Source of the DNA: Escherichia coli
Lineage (GTDB): Bacteria > Pseudomonadota > Gammaproteobacteria > Enterobacterales > Enterobacteriaceae
Strand: one strand, 5' to 3'
NCBI RefSeq assembly: GCF_022846255.1
Contig: NZ_AP025682.1
DNA length: 64,000 nucleotides
Part shown: positions 37,372-45,756 of the stretch, one piece after another
Numbering within the stretch: position 1 is the first letter of the stretch
Layout of the letters: each line of letters starts with the position of its first letter
The notes under the pieces: model-generated
The model's database searches: none
What the model was told of the DNA's origin: nothing
The model's input: the letters and a program-made list of their open reading frames with translations, nothing else
Position numbers and translations under genes: made by a program

Positions 37372-39673
37372 AGATATTCTTTTTTTGAAGGATAAGATGA
37401 AAGCCCTCCTGGATAATGAGGCTCTCGATTATGATAAAGTATTAGAAACAGCAGTAAAAATCACCGAAAAAGACAACAACAATATTAGATTTTCTGTAGA
37501 TGCGAATTTAGTTAGAAGATTAGGTGAGCAGTTAGTCGCTAAAAAAACTACTGCTGTCAGTGAATTGGTGAAAAATGCTTATGACGCAGATTCGACATTA
37601 GTAAATGTATATTTCGAATTGAACGAAGCAAATCCTCGAATAGTCATATTCGATGACGGCACAGGTATGTCAAAGGAAGATATTATCAATGGATTCATGC
37701 GAATAAGCACAAGTGAAAAAGAAGATAACTCTGTTTCAGAACGATATCAGAGACTAAGAGCAGGTAGAAAAGGTATTGGGCGTTTTTCTACACAGCGATT
37801 AGGAAATTATTTAAAAATAATTACCAAGCAAGAAAATGAAGAGTTAGGATATTTAATAGAAATTAACTGGCAGCAGTTTTCAAAAAAGAAAAATATATCC
37901 TTCATTGCTAACACTATCTCAAAAATCGATGTGGATTTCATTCATGGAACAAAAATAATAATAGAAGATCTGAATGATAAAGATTGGTCTGATGGGAACA
38001 TAAAAACGGCTTATAAATATATTAAGAGCATTATAAATATTGCCCCAAGCGAGACAGATCCAGGTTTCCAAGTAAAGTTCTATTATAAAAATGCCAATGG
38101 CTATGAATTAGTTGCAGATGAGAAAACTGAAATTTTTTCTGATAGTGATGCTCATATTACAGCAACACTTGAAAATGGAAATGCTGTAGTGAGAGTTAGC
38201 AGTGAAACCCTTGGCATAAAAAATGAAAGCATAGATGTATGGTATGATGAAAAAAATAACATACGAAAATTCTCACATATAAACTCTCCAGTAAAGCTTG
38301 ATGCATACTATTTCTCATTAGCAACAGTTAACTCCAGAAAACAAGCGGCATATTTACGTGAAAATGGCGGAATAAAAATCTATCGAAATGGATTCAAGGT
38401 TTCTCCTTATGGAGAGCAGTATGATGACTGGACGGCTCTTGATGACTCGGTTCGAAGGAGAAAGATATTACCCCCTCATGGTAATCAAAACTTCTTTGGA
38501 CACGTCAAAGTTGAAGACCTAAATGGAATAGACTTTGAAGAAACGTCCTCAAGGGAAGGTCTGATTCATACCGATGCCTTTCAAGAACTTCGCCTCTTTG
38601 TATATAAAGCACTGACGGCTGCGGTAATAAGAATTAGTGAAGCCAGAAATATAAAAATAAATCCAAATGACCGTAGCTATGTTAAAGAAACTAAACCAAC
38701 AATATCAGTCAAAGATAAATTAAATATTGTATCTGAAACGATAAGCTCGGTTAGTAAATTGGTAGATGCAGCAACATCTGTTGATGACGTTTCAAGTGAT
38801 GGTGTCATTAATAACATTGAAGATAAAAGTATAAGAAACAAAATTATTGAAGATCTCCATGAAGCCGCAGATGAGCTAAAACAAGCGAGTGTGATATCTC
38901 AATCTTTAATCGATGAAATTGAGCTTCTTAGAGTGCTTGGCGCTATGGGCCTTGCTATTGGTGAGTTTACACACGAAATAAATTTATCAATAACAAGTTT
39001 GAGTATTAACGTTCAAAACCTTAAACAGTCTAAATTATTAGAGGAAGATAGAGACTCTGCTCTAAATAGCCTTGAAAATAATATTGCAACATTAAAATCA
39101 TTTACTAAATTTTTTGACAGTACTATACGTGAGAATGTAAACAGAAATAAGAAAGTTATTGAGATAAGAGACTCTATTGAGCCATTTTATGAATCGATGA
39201 AACCAATAATAGAACGCAAAGGAATTCAGTTTGCAATACATTATGAAGGTTATGAACTTTTTACGAAGCCGATTCATGTTTCAGAGCTATATTCTGTATT
39301 TATAAATCTCTTTACGAATGCATATAAAGCAATACTTCGTTCTGGAACAAATCCACGAAAAATGTCTTTAACTGCGAAAAAAGATAGTGAAGATATAATT
39401 ATCCGATTCGAAGATAGCGGTGATGGAATTGAACCTGCAAATAGAGAAAGAGTTTTTGAGCCTTTCTATACAACAAGTACACCATCAGGACCTTTTGAAA
39501 GTGATGATTTATCATTAAAAGGAATGGGATTGGGGTTATCAATCGTACGTGATCTCGTTGAATCCATGTCTGCAGAAATATCTATAGTTGATGCATCCGA
39601 TGGTTTTACAACGTGCTTTGAGTTGAGAATTCCAAAAGCTGATGATAAGGAAATACCAGATGACATCTATTAA
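37364..39673 (+). CDS. Dual Bergerat-fold ATPase: N-terminal MutL/HSP90/MORC-like GHKL module plus C-terminal histidine-kinase core (HisKA-like H-box + HATPase_c)
   Basis: N-terminal motifs ELVKNAYDAD (approx 37562-37591), DDGTGMS, GRKGIGRF; C-terminal H-box GEFTHEINLSITSL (approx 38961-39000), N-box LFTNAYKAIL, G1 EDSGDGIE, F-box FEPFYTT, G2 GMGLGLSIV; no obvious TM segment; start overlaps MTase stop by 8 nt. Confidence 0.7.
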   Translation: MSEDILFLKDKMKALLDNEALDYDKVLETAVKITEKDNNNIRFSVDANLVRRLGEQLVAKKTTAVSELVKNAYDADSTLVNVYFELNEANPRIVIFDDGTGMSKEDIINGFMRISTSEKEDNSVSERYQRLRAGRKGIGRFSTQRLGNYLKIITKQENEELGYLIEINWQQFSKKKNISFIANTISKIDVDFIHGTKIIIEDLNDKDWSDGNIKTAYKYIKSIINIAPSETDPGFQVKFYYKNANGYELVADEKTEIFSDSDAHITATLENGNAVVRVSSETLGIKNESIDVWYDEKNNIRKFSHINSPVKLDAYYFSLATVNSRKQAAYLRENGGIKIYRNGFKVSPYGEQYDDWTALDDSVRRRKILPPHGNQNFFGHVKVEDLNGIDFEETSSREGLIHTDAFQELRLFVYKALTAAVIRISEARNIKINPNDRSYVKETKPTISVKDKLNIVSETISSVSKLVDAATSVDDVSSDGVINNIEDKSIRNKIIEDLHEAADELKQASVISQSLIDEIELLRVLGAMGLAIGEFTHEINLSITSLSINVQNLKQSKLLEEDRDSALNSLENNIATLKSFTKFFDSTIRENVNRNKKVIEIRDSIEPFYESMKPIIERKGIQFAIHYEGYELFTKPIHVSELYSVFINLFTNAYKAILRSGTNPRKMSLTAKKDSEDIIIRFEDSGDGIEPANRERVFEPFYTTSTPSGPFESDDLSLKGMGLGLSIVRDLVESMSAEISIVDASDGFTTCFELRIPKADDKEIPDDIY

Positions 39674-40763
39674 CCTACTTTATATCGATGATGATCAGCC
39701 TCAGCAAGTAAAGGGTTTAATTGAAGCAATAATCAGTAAAGCGAGTTTTGATTTAAATATAACTCATAAACCGCCGACGAAAATGAGTGAAATAGCCATA
39801 GAGTTGAGACAAGGTTATGATGGTATCATCATAGATCAAAAACTTGACAGCTTTGTTGAGGGAGTAGAACCAGTTGATTACTTTGGTGCCGCGTTAGCAC
39901 AAAATTTGCGAACACTCATGGCGGGTAAGTCAGATAATATATCTTATAAGCCAATAATTTTACTCTCTCTCGAAAGCTTATTAATTGAATATTATAATCC
40001 CGATTCAAGCTCGCATGATCTATTTGATTTAGTTTTGAGTAAAAGCATATTAGAACAACCAGAATTGTTAGAAAAAAAAGTTCACTTAATAAAATCTATT
40101 GTGAATGCTTACAAACGTGCACATTCGGAAGACTCGTTATATCAATTGCTTTCTCTGAGCAGTAATTATTCATTGCTTGATAAAAGATTTGAAATATATA
40201 TTTCTCAGTATGATAAAGATATACATAAGCTCGTCACATCCATACACTCCACACTTCTGAGAAGTAGTGGCATGTTAGTTTCTGAGATAACTTTGGCAAC
40301 CAGACTGGGTATTAATATTGAAGAATCGCCAGACTGGCACCAAGTAATTGGGCACCTTGAGGAATATAAATACAATGGCATATTCTCTGATTATTATAAA
40401 AGATGGTGGTGGGCAGATGTAGAGTTGTGGATAAATAAAAAGCTTAACTGCCCAATAATTAAAGGATTAACCTCAGAAAAAAGAGTGGAGATCATCAAAG
40501 AAAAACTTGGCTTAGAACGATTGATGCCAATTCATAGCGTACATCCAGGCCAAAGCACCAAGTTTTGGGTTAATTGTATCATCAGTAAAGAACCTCTTGA
40601 TACAATAGATGCTCTTCGTGCATCATCTATGGAATTAAAACCTTGGGAAGATGATAAATACCTTTCAATTAAAACAGTGTTAGAGAGACGGGCCGAAAAA
40701 TATAAAGTACATCCAGAAGATAGAACAAAATTGGATCGAATTCGGGCGAGGTTTAAATTATAA
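39642..40763 (+). CDS. Receiver (REC)-like domain protein with unassigned ~250-aa C-terminal domain
   Basis: CheY-like pattern: LLYIDDD (beta1, acidic pocket), GIIIDQKL (candidate phospho-acceptor Asp), KPIILLSLES (beta4 Ser); divergent REC, so call is tentative; overlaps kinase gene stop. Confidence 0.5.
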   Translation: MIRKYQMTSINLLYIDDDQPQQVKGLIEAIISKASFDLNITHKPPTKMSEIAIELRQGYDGIIIDQKLDSFVEGVEPVDYFGAALAQNLRTLMAGKSDNISYKPIILLSLESLLIEYYNPDSSSHDLFDLVLSKSILEQPELLEKKVHLIKSIVNAYKRAHSEDSLYQLLSLSSNYSLLDKRFEIYISQYDKDIHKLVTSIHSTLLRSSGMLVSEITLATRLGINIEESPDWHQVIGHLEEYKYNGIFSDYYKRWWWADVELWINKKLNCPIIKGLTSEKRVEIIKEKLGLERLMPIHSVHPGQSTKFWVNCIISKEPLDTIDALRASSMELKPWEDDKYLSIKTVLERRAEKYKVHPEDRTKLDRIRARFKL

Positions 40764-41506
40764 TGAACAATAATACAACTTTGTTAGACGATATGTGTAG
40801 GCTCAGGGACTTTTTATATGATAGCCGCATATGCCCAGATATTAATCCTCTCAACCGTTTAATCAGTAAACTTAATGCAAATCTCCACTCCGAAACAGGG
40901 GAGGACTTTGAATACTCTTTAGACGATTTAGTATTTTATCTTAGCGAAAAATCTGGAACAATTTGTCCGACCCAAATTACACCCAAAGAAAACCCTATTG
41001 AAATACATTTGGAACTTATATTAAAAAGTGAAGGCCCTTATGAATTTTCGAAGATTAAAGAACTTTCAGGGCAATTACGACTTAAAGCTGAGTGGATCAA
41101 TGACACAACAGAAAAAATTGAGATAAAAACATCACATAGTGCTTGGCATTTTGATTATCATGTTCCTCAAATGGGGGATGGCGTAAATTCATTTACTCAT
41201 CCTCAATTCCATTTACAAAATGGAGGAAACAGGCTGACTGATAATTTAAATGACTATGGAGAGTTAATGATTCTTGATGCTCCAAGACTACCTTTACCTC
41301 CTATGGATGTGATATTAGCCATTGACTTTATTATTTCAAATTTCTTTGGTTCTATTTGGCAACAAGCATTATGTGATTCAGAATACATTGATGTAGTTAA
41401 AAGAGCACAAAAAGCATGGTGGAAACCTTATTATGAAGGTATAAGTCAACACTGGTCTGGCAATGGCTCAGGAATATCCAATATCCTAATTCCAAACCTT
41501 CTGTAG
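40763..41506 (+). CDS. Hypothetical protein (247 aa), fourth gene of the operon; possible effector
   Basis: ATG overlaps preceding stop (ATAATG); His-rich segment HFDYHVPQMGDGVNSFTHPQFH; no confident motif. Confidence 0.6.
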   Translation: MNNNTTLLDDMCRLRDFLYDSRICPDINPLNRLISKLNANLHSETGEDFEYSLDDLVFYLSEKSGTICPTQITPKENPIEIHLELILKSEGPYEFSKIKELSGQLRLKAEWINDTTEKIEIKTSHSAWHFDYHVPQMGDGVNSFTHPQFHLQNGGNRLTDNLNDYGELMILDAPRLPLPPMDVILAIDFIISNFFGSIWQQALCDSEYIDVVKRAQKAWWKPYYEGISQHWSGNGSGISNILIPNLL

Positions 41507-41771
41507 TGTATCAAAATCTGTTAACCATCTCCAATTACGAATAGCAATATTTATATAAAACTAATTTTTTATTTTAAACAACTTCAGCAAGGGCTAACTC
41601 TCAGCATCTCCTTCGGTGATACTTTGAGTTGCTCCTTGTTTTTTCGCCCTTTGGTTGAAAAAATTAAAAGCAAAACCAACCCTATACATTGACTTTTTCA
41701 GCATCTATCATATAAATAAAATAAGCATAATGGACATGCTTATTTTACTTTACTATATGAAAGGAGTTCAT

Positions 41772-42185
41772 ATGAATGATAGGAATCATACTTTTAATAA
41801 GTTCGAGCCATTCAGAAGTTGTAGCTATGAAAATTTTACTTCTGCTAAAACACTCTCCCAGCAGACACGTTCTCATTGTATTAGTATCAGATTAAATGAT
41901 GCCGAGTTATCTTACGTTGATGGCTTACGAGAAGATCTCAACCGTGCTGTTTGGATACGTATGTCAGCATTGAATCGTCTCCCTTCCAAAATTCCTGAAA
42001 TAAATCTAATTGTCTGGAAAGACCTTGCCAAAGCATCTCAGAATCTGAATAACCTCGTTCAGCATCTCAACACTAAATCACACGATAGTCCTTTTACTAT
42101 CACCGAAATTTATACGGTACAAAAAAGAATAAAAGCACTAAGAGATGCCCTTCTGTCAGCAAATCGATCTGTCAGTGATAAATAA
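41772..42185 (+). CDS. MobC-like mobilization accessory protein
   Basis: Strong RBS aaggag 5 nt upstream of ATG 41772; small basic protein with ribbon-helix-helix-like segment (CISIRLNDAELSYVDGLRED); stop overlaps relaxase start (TAATG). Confidence 0.55.
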   Translation: MNDRNHTFNKFEPFRSCSYENFTSAKTLSQQTRSHCISIRLNDAELSYVDGLREDLNRAVWIRMSALNRLPSKIPEINLIVWKDLAKASQNLNNLVQHLNTKSHDSPFTITEIYTVQKRIKALRDALLSANRSVSDK

Positions 42186-43372
42186 TGAAAGGGATGCAAA
42201 AAATCCGCAGAGGAAAGAGTTTTGCTGGTGTCGTCCTCTATGCGTTAAAGCCCGGTTCTCATCATAAAAAAGACCCTATCGTGATCGGTGGAAATATAAC
42301 GATAGTTGGCAATGCCGCTAAAGATCTGATCGCTGAATTTGATAGCACCAAACAGCTTCGCCCTGACGTGCAAAAGGCTGTTTGGCACAACTCGCTTCGC
42401 TTACCTAAAGGTGAATCACTAACGGCTAAACAGTGGTCTGAAATAGCAGATGATTACATGTCCCGCATGGGCTTCTCTGAAACGCATCTCAGATGCTACG
42501 TCCTACATGACGACGAAGATGGCCAGCACATCCATATCATCGCCAGCAGAGTGTCTCTTGATGCCGGAAAGCTCTACCTCGGCAGGAATGAGAACCTGGC
42601 AAGCACGAGAATAATTCAGCAACTTGAAAGAAATTACAATCTGACAAGAACCAAAGGGCCAGGAGCTAAAGCATCTACATCTTCTCTTTCCTCTAAACCG
42701 AAACATAAAAAATCACGTAATGAGGCTATGTTAGAGGAGAGAACTGGTGAACCATGCCCTAAATCCATCATCCAAAGGGCTATAGATTCGATAACATTAA
42801 ATCCTATAGCAATTGATGACTTCGTTGAAAAGCTGAATAGCATAGGGATTACGGCGAAAAGCAATATTTCTTCAACTGGCAAGATGAATGGATTTTCCTT
42901 TGAATGCAAAGGTGTTGTGTTCAAAGCTTCCCAGCTTGGCAAGAAGTATAGTTGGAAGAACCTGGAATCAATGATTTCAATGAATTACAACTCACACATT
43001 GGTGATGAAAAACCTGTCATCCCTGAACCTGCTGCCCATCGCAGCAACGAAGCTGTCATACCTATAGTGGAAGACTATTCTGATGAAAAGATTTACCCTG
43101 AGATAAGGGTACCCTTACCAAGACCTGACACAGCGCCCACAAAACCTACAAGCATGACAATGCGTTGGATCGCAACCATACCTTATCTTGTGAGTGTTAT
43201 TAGCGCACTTAAAACGATGCGTATCCCCTTTCTAAAGGCGTTCAATGGCCCAAGGAAGTTCTTTTCCGTGTCCATGATTCACCTGTCCTCTGTAAGCCTG
43301 AAACAGACCAAAACGAATAATTTCAAACCAAAAAGTTCCCACCAAAAGGCCCACAAGCCCCTTCTCCCCTGA
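42185..43372 (+). CDS. Mobilization relaxase (MobA/VirD2-like)
   Basis: Relaxase histidine triad region HDDEDGQHIHIIASRV (HxH motif), N-terminal nickase-like domain; coupled to the MobC-like gene. Confidence 0.65.
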   Translation: MKGMQKIRRGKSFAGVVLYALKPGSHHKKDPIVIGGNITIVGNAAKDLIAEFDSTKQLRPDVQKAVWHNSLRLPKGESLTAKQWSEIADDYMSRMGFSETHLRCYVLHDDEDGQHIHIIASRVSLDAGKLYLGRNENLASTRIIQQLERNYNLTRTKGPGAKASTSSLSSKPKHKKSRNEAMLEERTGEPCPKSIIQRAIDSITLNPIAIDDFVEKLNSIGITAKSNISSTGKMNGFSFECKGVVFKASQLGKKYSWKNLESMISMNYNSHIGDEKPVIPEPAAHRSNEAVIPIVEDYSDEKIYPEIRVPLPRPDTAPTKPTSMTMRWIATIPYLVSVISALKTMRIPFLKAFNGPRKFFSVSMIHLSSVSLKQTKTNNFKPKSSHQKAHKPLLP

Positions 43373-43580
43373 TTTCTCCACAGATAAACGATCGTTATAA
43401 TCGATCGATTTATTTATATTGATAGTCAATAACAATCAATAGGTAAATAATCGATCGGTACAAGCAATTTGCTATGTCCTTAGAAGTGTTCAAAATGTAC
43501 TTTCATGCATAAATCGGATAATAGGTTGATTTTACTAGCCTATTTTTCTATCCACGTATCGAACATGCAGGGACTGAAGT

Positions 43581-44171
43581 ATGAGATATCTCATGATGAA
43601 GCGTGTAATGTTAGCAATCCTTCTTCCGTTTATTGTTGGATGTTTATTTGGTGCTAAAGCATTATCAGAGTATTGGGTTGTGTGGTTTTTTGTTTGTGCA
43701 ATGTTGATGATCACAGCCTGGGGCGTGTGGTTAAAAAATAAAAACAGAGGTTCCAGCTTCAGCTACCTGAATGATAATGAAGATGGTGTATTTATCTACA
43801 AATTTCATAATCAAGAGATGCGTTTAGATAAAGCCAAAAAAGAGCTTTATTTAAAAGATGGGTTAAACGAAAAAACCTACACTTTTTCCGATGTTGAAAG
43901 CTGGGAATATAAAATTAGCACAGGTGGTCAGATCCTCACTTCAGGTCTTAACCCTACAACTAACTTGATTAACAATAAGATTCTTGGTGAAAACATTAAT
44001 GACACCGGCTTCTTTATCAAAGTTAAAGACATCAGAAACCCTGAGTGGCATATTCGATTCTTCCCTCAAGAAGGATCTTATAAAGATCAGAGGGGATTAA
44101 TTAGCTTAAAAAAACAGATGATGCAGTGGATGACCGTTTTTGACTTAATCGTAAATGCTGATACAAAGTAA
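43581..44171 (+). CDS. Hypothetical inner-membrane protein (two predicted TM helices)
   Basis: N-terminal hydrophobic segments (VMLAILLPFIVGCLFGA; WVVWFFVCAMLMITAWGVWL) then soluble domain; function unknown. Confidence 0.6.
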   Translation: MRYLMMKRVMLAILLPFIVGCLFGAKALSEYWVVWFFVCAMLMITAWGVWLKNKNRGSSFSYLNDNEDGVFIYKFHNQEMRLDKAKKELYLKDGLNEKTYTFSDVESWEYKISTGGQILTSGLNPTTNLINNKILGENINDTGFFIKVKDIRNPEWHIRFFPQEGSYKDQRGLISLKKQMMQWMTVFDLIVNADTK

Positions 44172-44182
44172 GGAAAACAAGA

Positions 44183-44473
44183 ATGAAAAAAACCATGCTA
44201 CTATTATTAGCTTCAATGTCGCTGACAGGTTGCAACAGTGAACCATCCGATGCAGATATTTCAAAAGCCATGCAGAGCTTTATGAGTGAGATGCATGGTA
44301 CCCTGAACTCGTCTAAAAAACTTGCGTGTAAAGATATAGAGAGTGATGGCAGTTATCTCTGCTCTGTAGAGTTCGATGCTAAACTTCCAATCGTGGGCCA
44401 TAGAGAATCGACGCTAGAATTAAAGTTTATTAAATCCGATGACTCCTGGAAAGCAATGGCTCCATCTAAATAA
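44183..44473 (+). CDS. Small lipoprotein (96 aa)
   Basis: Signal peptide with lipobox (LLLASMSLTGC); 11 nt downstream of the membrane protein gene. Confidence 0.6.
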   Translation: MKKTMLLLLASMSLTGCNSEPSDADISKAMQSFMSEMHGTLNSSKKLACKDIESDGSYLCSVEFDAKLPIVGHRESTLELKFIKSDDSWKAMAPSK

Positions 44474-44566
44474 ACTTAATTATATTTGACAATAGAAAAA
44501 TAGTACGTCATAGATAGTAAATTGATAACAACCAGTGGGTTGAGCCACTGGCTGTTATCCCAATGG

Positions 44567-44644
44567 TTAATACACGGATGTACTAACCACCATTAAAAGG
44601 ATAAACAACATCACCTTTAATGCACGGGAGCGTTTTTTAGACAT
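44567..44644 (-). CDS. Unannotated 25-aa hydrophobic peptide (MSKKRSRALKVMLFILLMVVSTSVY); type I toxin-like small ORF
   Basis: Minus-strand ATG with GGAG 6 nt upstream; basic N-terminus then a single hydrophobic helix; a 14-bp imperfect hairpin (approx 44524-44558) lies just downstream. Below the ORF-track length cutoff. Confidence 0.3.
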   Translation of the reverse strand: MSKKRSRALKVMLFILLMVVSTSVY

Positions 44645-44730
44645 ACGCCACTCCTTCTTTTTCATCATCAACCTTATTGTTGGTGATGTTGCCTCTTTGG
44701 GCTGATGCAGATTATCATTTTAGAATACTA

Positions 44731-44756
44731 AAAGCATCCTTTCGGATGCTTTTTTT
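44731..44756. terminator. Bidirectional intrinsic terminator
   Basis: aaagcatcc-tttc-ggatgcttt hairpin flanked by an A-run upstream and T-run downstream, between convergent/adjacent transcription units. Confidence 0.6.
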
Positions 44757-44850
44757 CGCCTTGAAAATATTAGCAAGATAATAATCCATAAAGGATAATA
44801 TAAAAACCAAAATAATATGCTACGGTAGTTGTTATAAAAATCACATAAAA

Positions 44851-45273
44851 CTACAGTCCATATTTTTTCCTTTTATCCTTCATCAATAATTCTCTTTTTA
44901 GGGTAGAAGCCTCATGTTTCCTTCTCTCATTAATATAGACTTTTTCGGTTCTACTACCATTGCTCACAATGAAATTGATAAGTGAAGAGCATACGTTTTT
45001 CATACGCTCTTTATCGAGCATGTCATTTTCAATATTATTGATATTGCAGTAATAAGAAAGTAGTAAAAAATTCAACACTACTTCCCTGTTTGAGAACGTT
45101 AGTTTTTCTATTTCAGGCTGGTATTTAATGTAGAACCCGGCACAAAACAGGTATGATTGTTCGATAATTTGTTGCTCTGAGAAGTCTGATTCAGAGAGTT
45201 TATCAACGAATCGATCAAGTAGAAGAAGATACCTTTCCATCAAATGAATATTTATTTTTTCCATAACATGCAT
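44851..45273 (-). CDS. Hypothetical protein (140 aa)
   Basis: ORF in AT-rich island cargo downstream of the recombinase operon; no motif recognised. Confidence 0.5.
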   Translation of the reverse strand: MHVMEKINIHLMERYLLLLDRFVDKLSESDFSEQQIIEQSYLFCAGFYIKYQPEIEKLTFSNREVVLNFLLLSYYCNINNIENDMLDKERMKNVCSSLINFIVSNGSRTEKVYINERRKHEASTLKRELLMKDKRKKYGL

Positions 45274-45357
45274 CCTTGCAATTTATTTTGCCATCCTGAC
45301 AATTAAATAAATACCATAATTATTAATCACGTCAATAGTTAAAACCTATCTATTTTA

Positions 45358-45756
45358 TTAAAGGTATTTTGCAGGTAACGGATTATTAAGTTCTTCAATC
45401 GTTATTTGTTTAAGGTGAGCATTATAAAGCCATACTTTGAACTGCTCTAAATAGCGTTCATTTAATGCCTTCAAAGCCTCATTTTCTGCTTCAAGTCTTC
45501 TAATTCGTTGAGAAGCCACTTTTAAATTAGCAGGTTTTACAGTATGTATTGCACCAGATTTGATAGTGGCCTTTTTCACACTGAAGCTTTCTGCAATCCT
45601 TACATGACTACTTAAGGATTGTCTTGATGGTCTTTTCCCAATAATCCTTACTAACCTGTCGCACAAAGCATCCCAGGTTAGTTTTTCATCTATAGACCAT
45701 GTGTTAATAACATCTACAATCTTCTTCTCATGATAACCATTTATATGCTTAGCCAT
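45358..45756 (-). CDS. Small basic coiled-coil protein (132 aa), accessory gene of the recombinase operon
   Basis: Starts 1 nt after the stop of the 543-aa recombinase; heptad segment RIRRLEAENEALKALNERYLEQ. Confidence 0.55.
   Translation of the reverse strand: MAKHINGYHEKKIVDVINTWSIDEKLTWDALCDRLVRIIGKRPSRQSLSSHVRIAESFSVKKATIKSGAIHTVKPANLKVASQRIRRLEAENEALKALNERYLEQFKVWLYNAHLKQITIEELNNPLPAKYL

Noticed and set aside
39642-40763. Interpreting gene 3 as a standard OmpR/NarL-type response regulator
   Set aside because: No winged-helix or LuxR-type HTH pattern was recognisable after the receiver-like domain; left as receiver plus unassigned domain.
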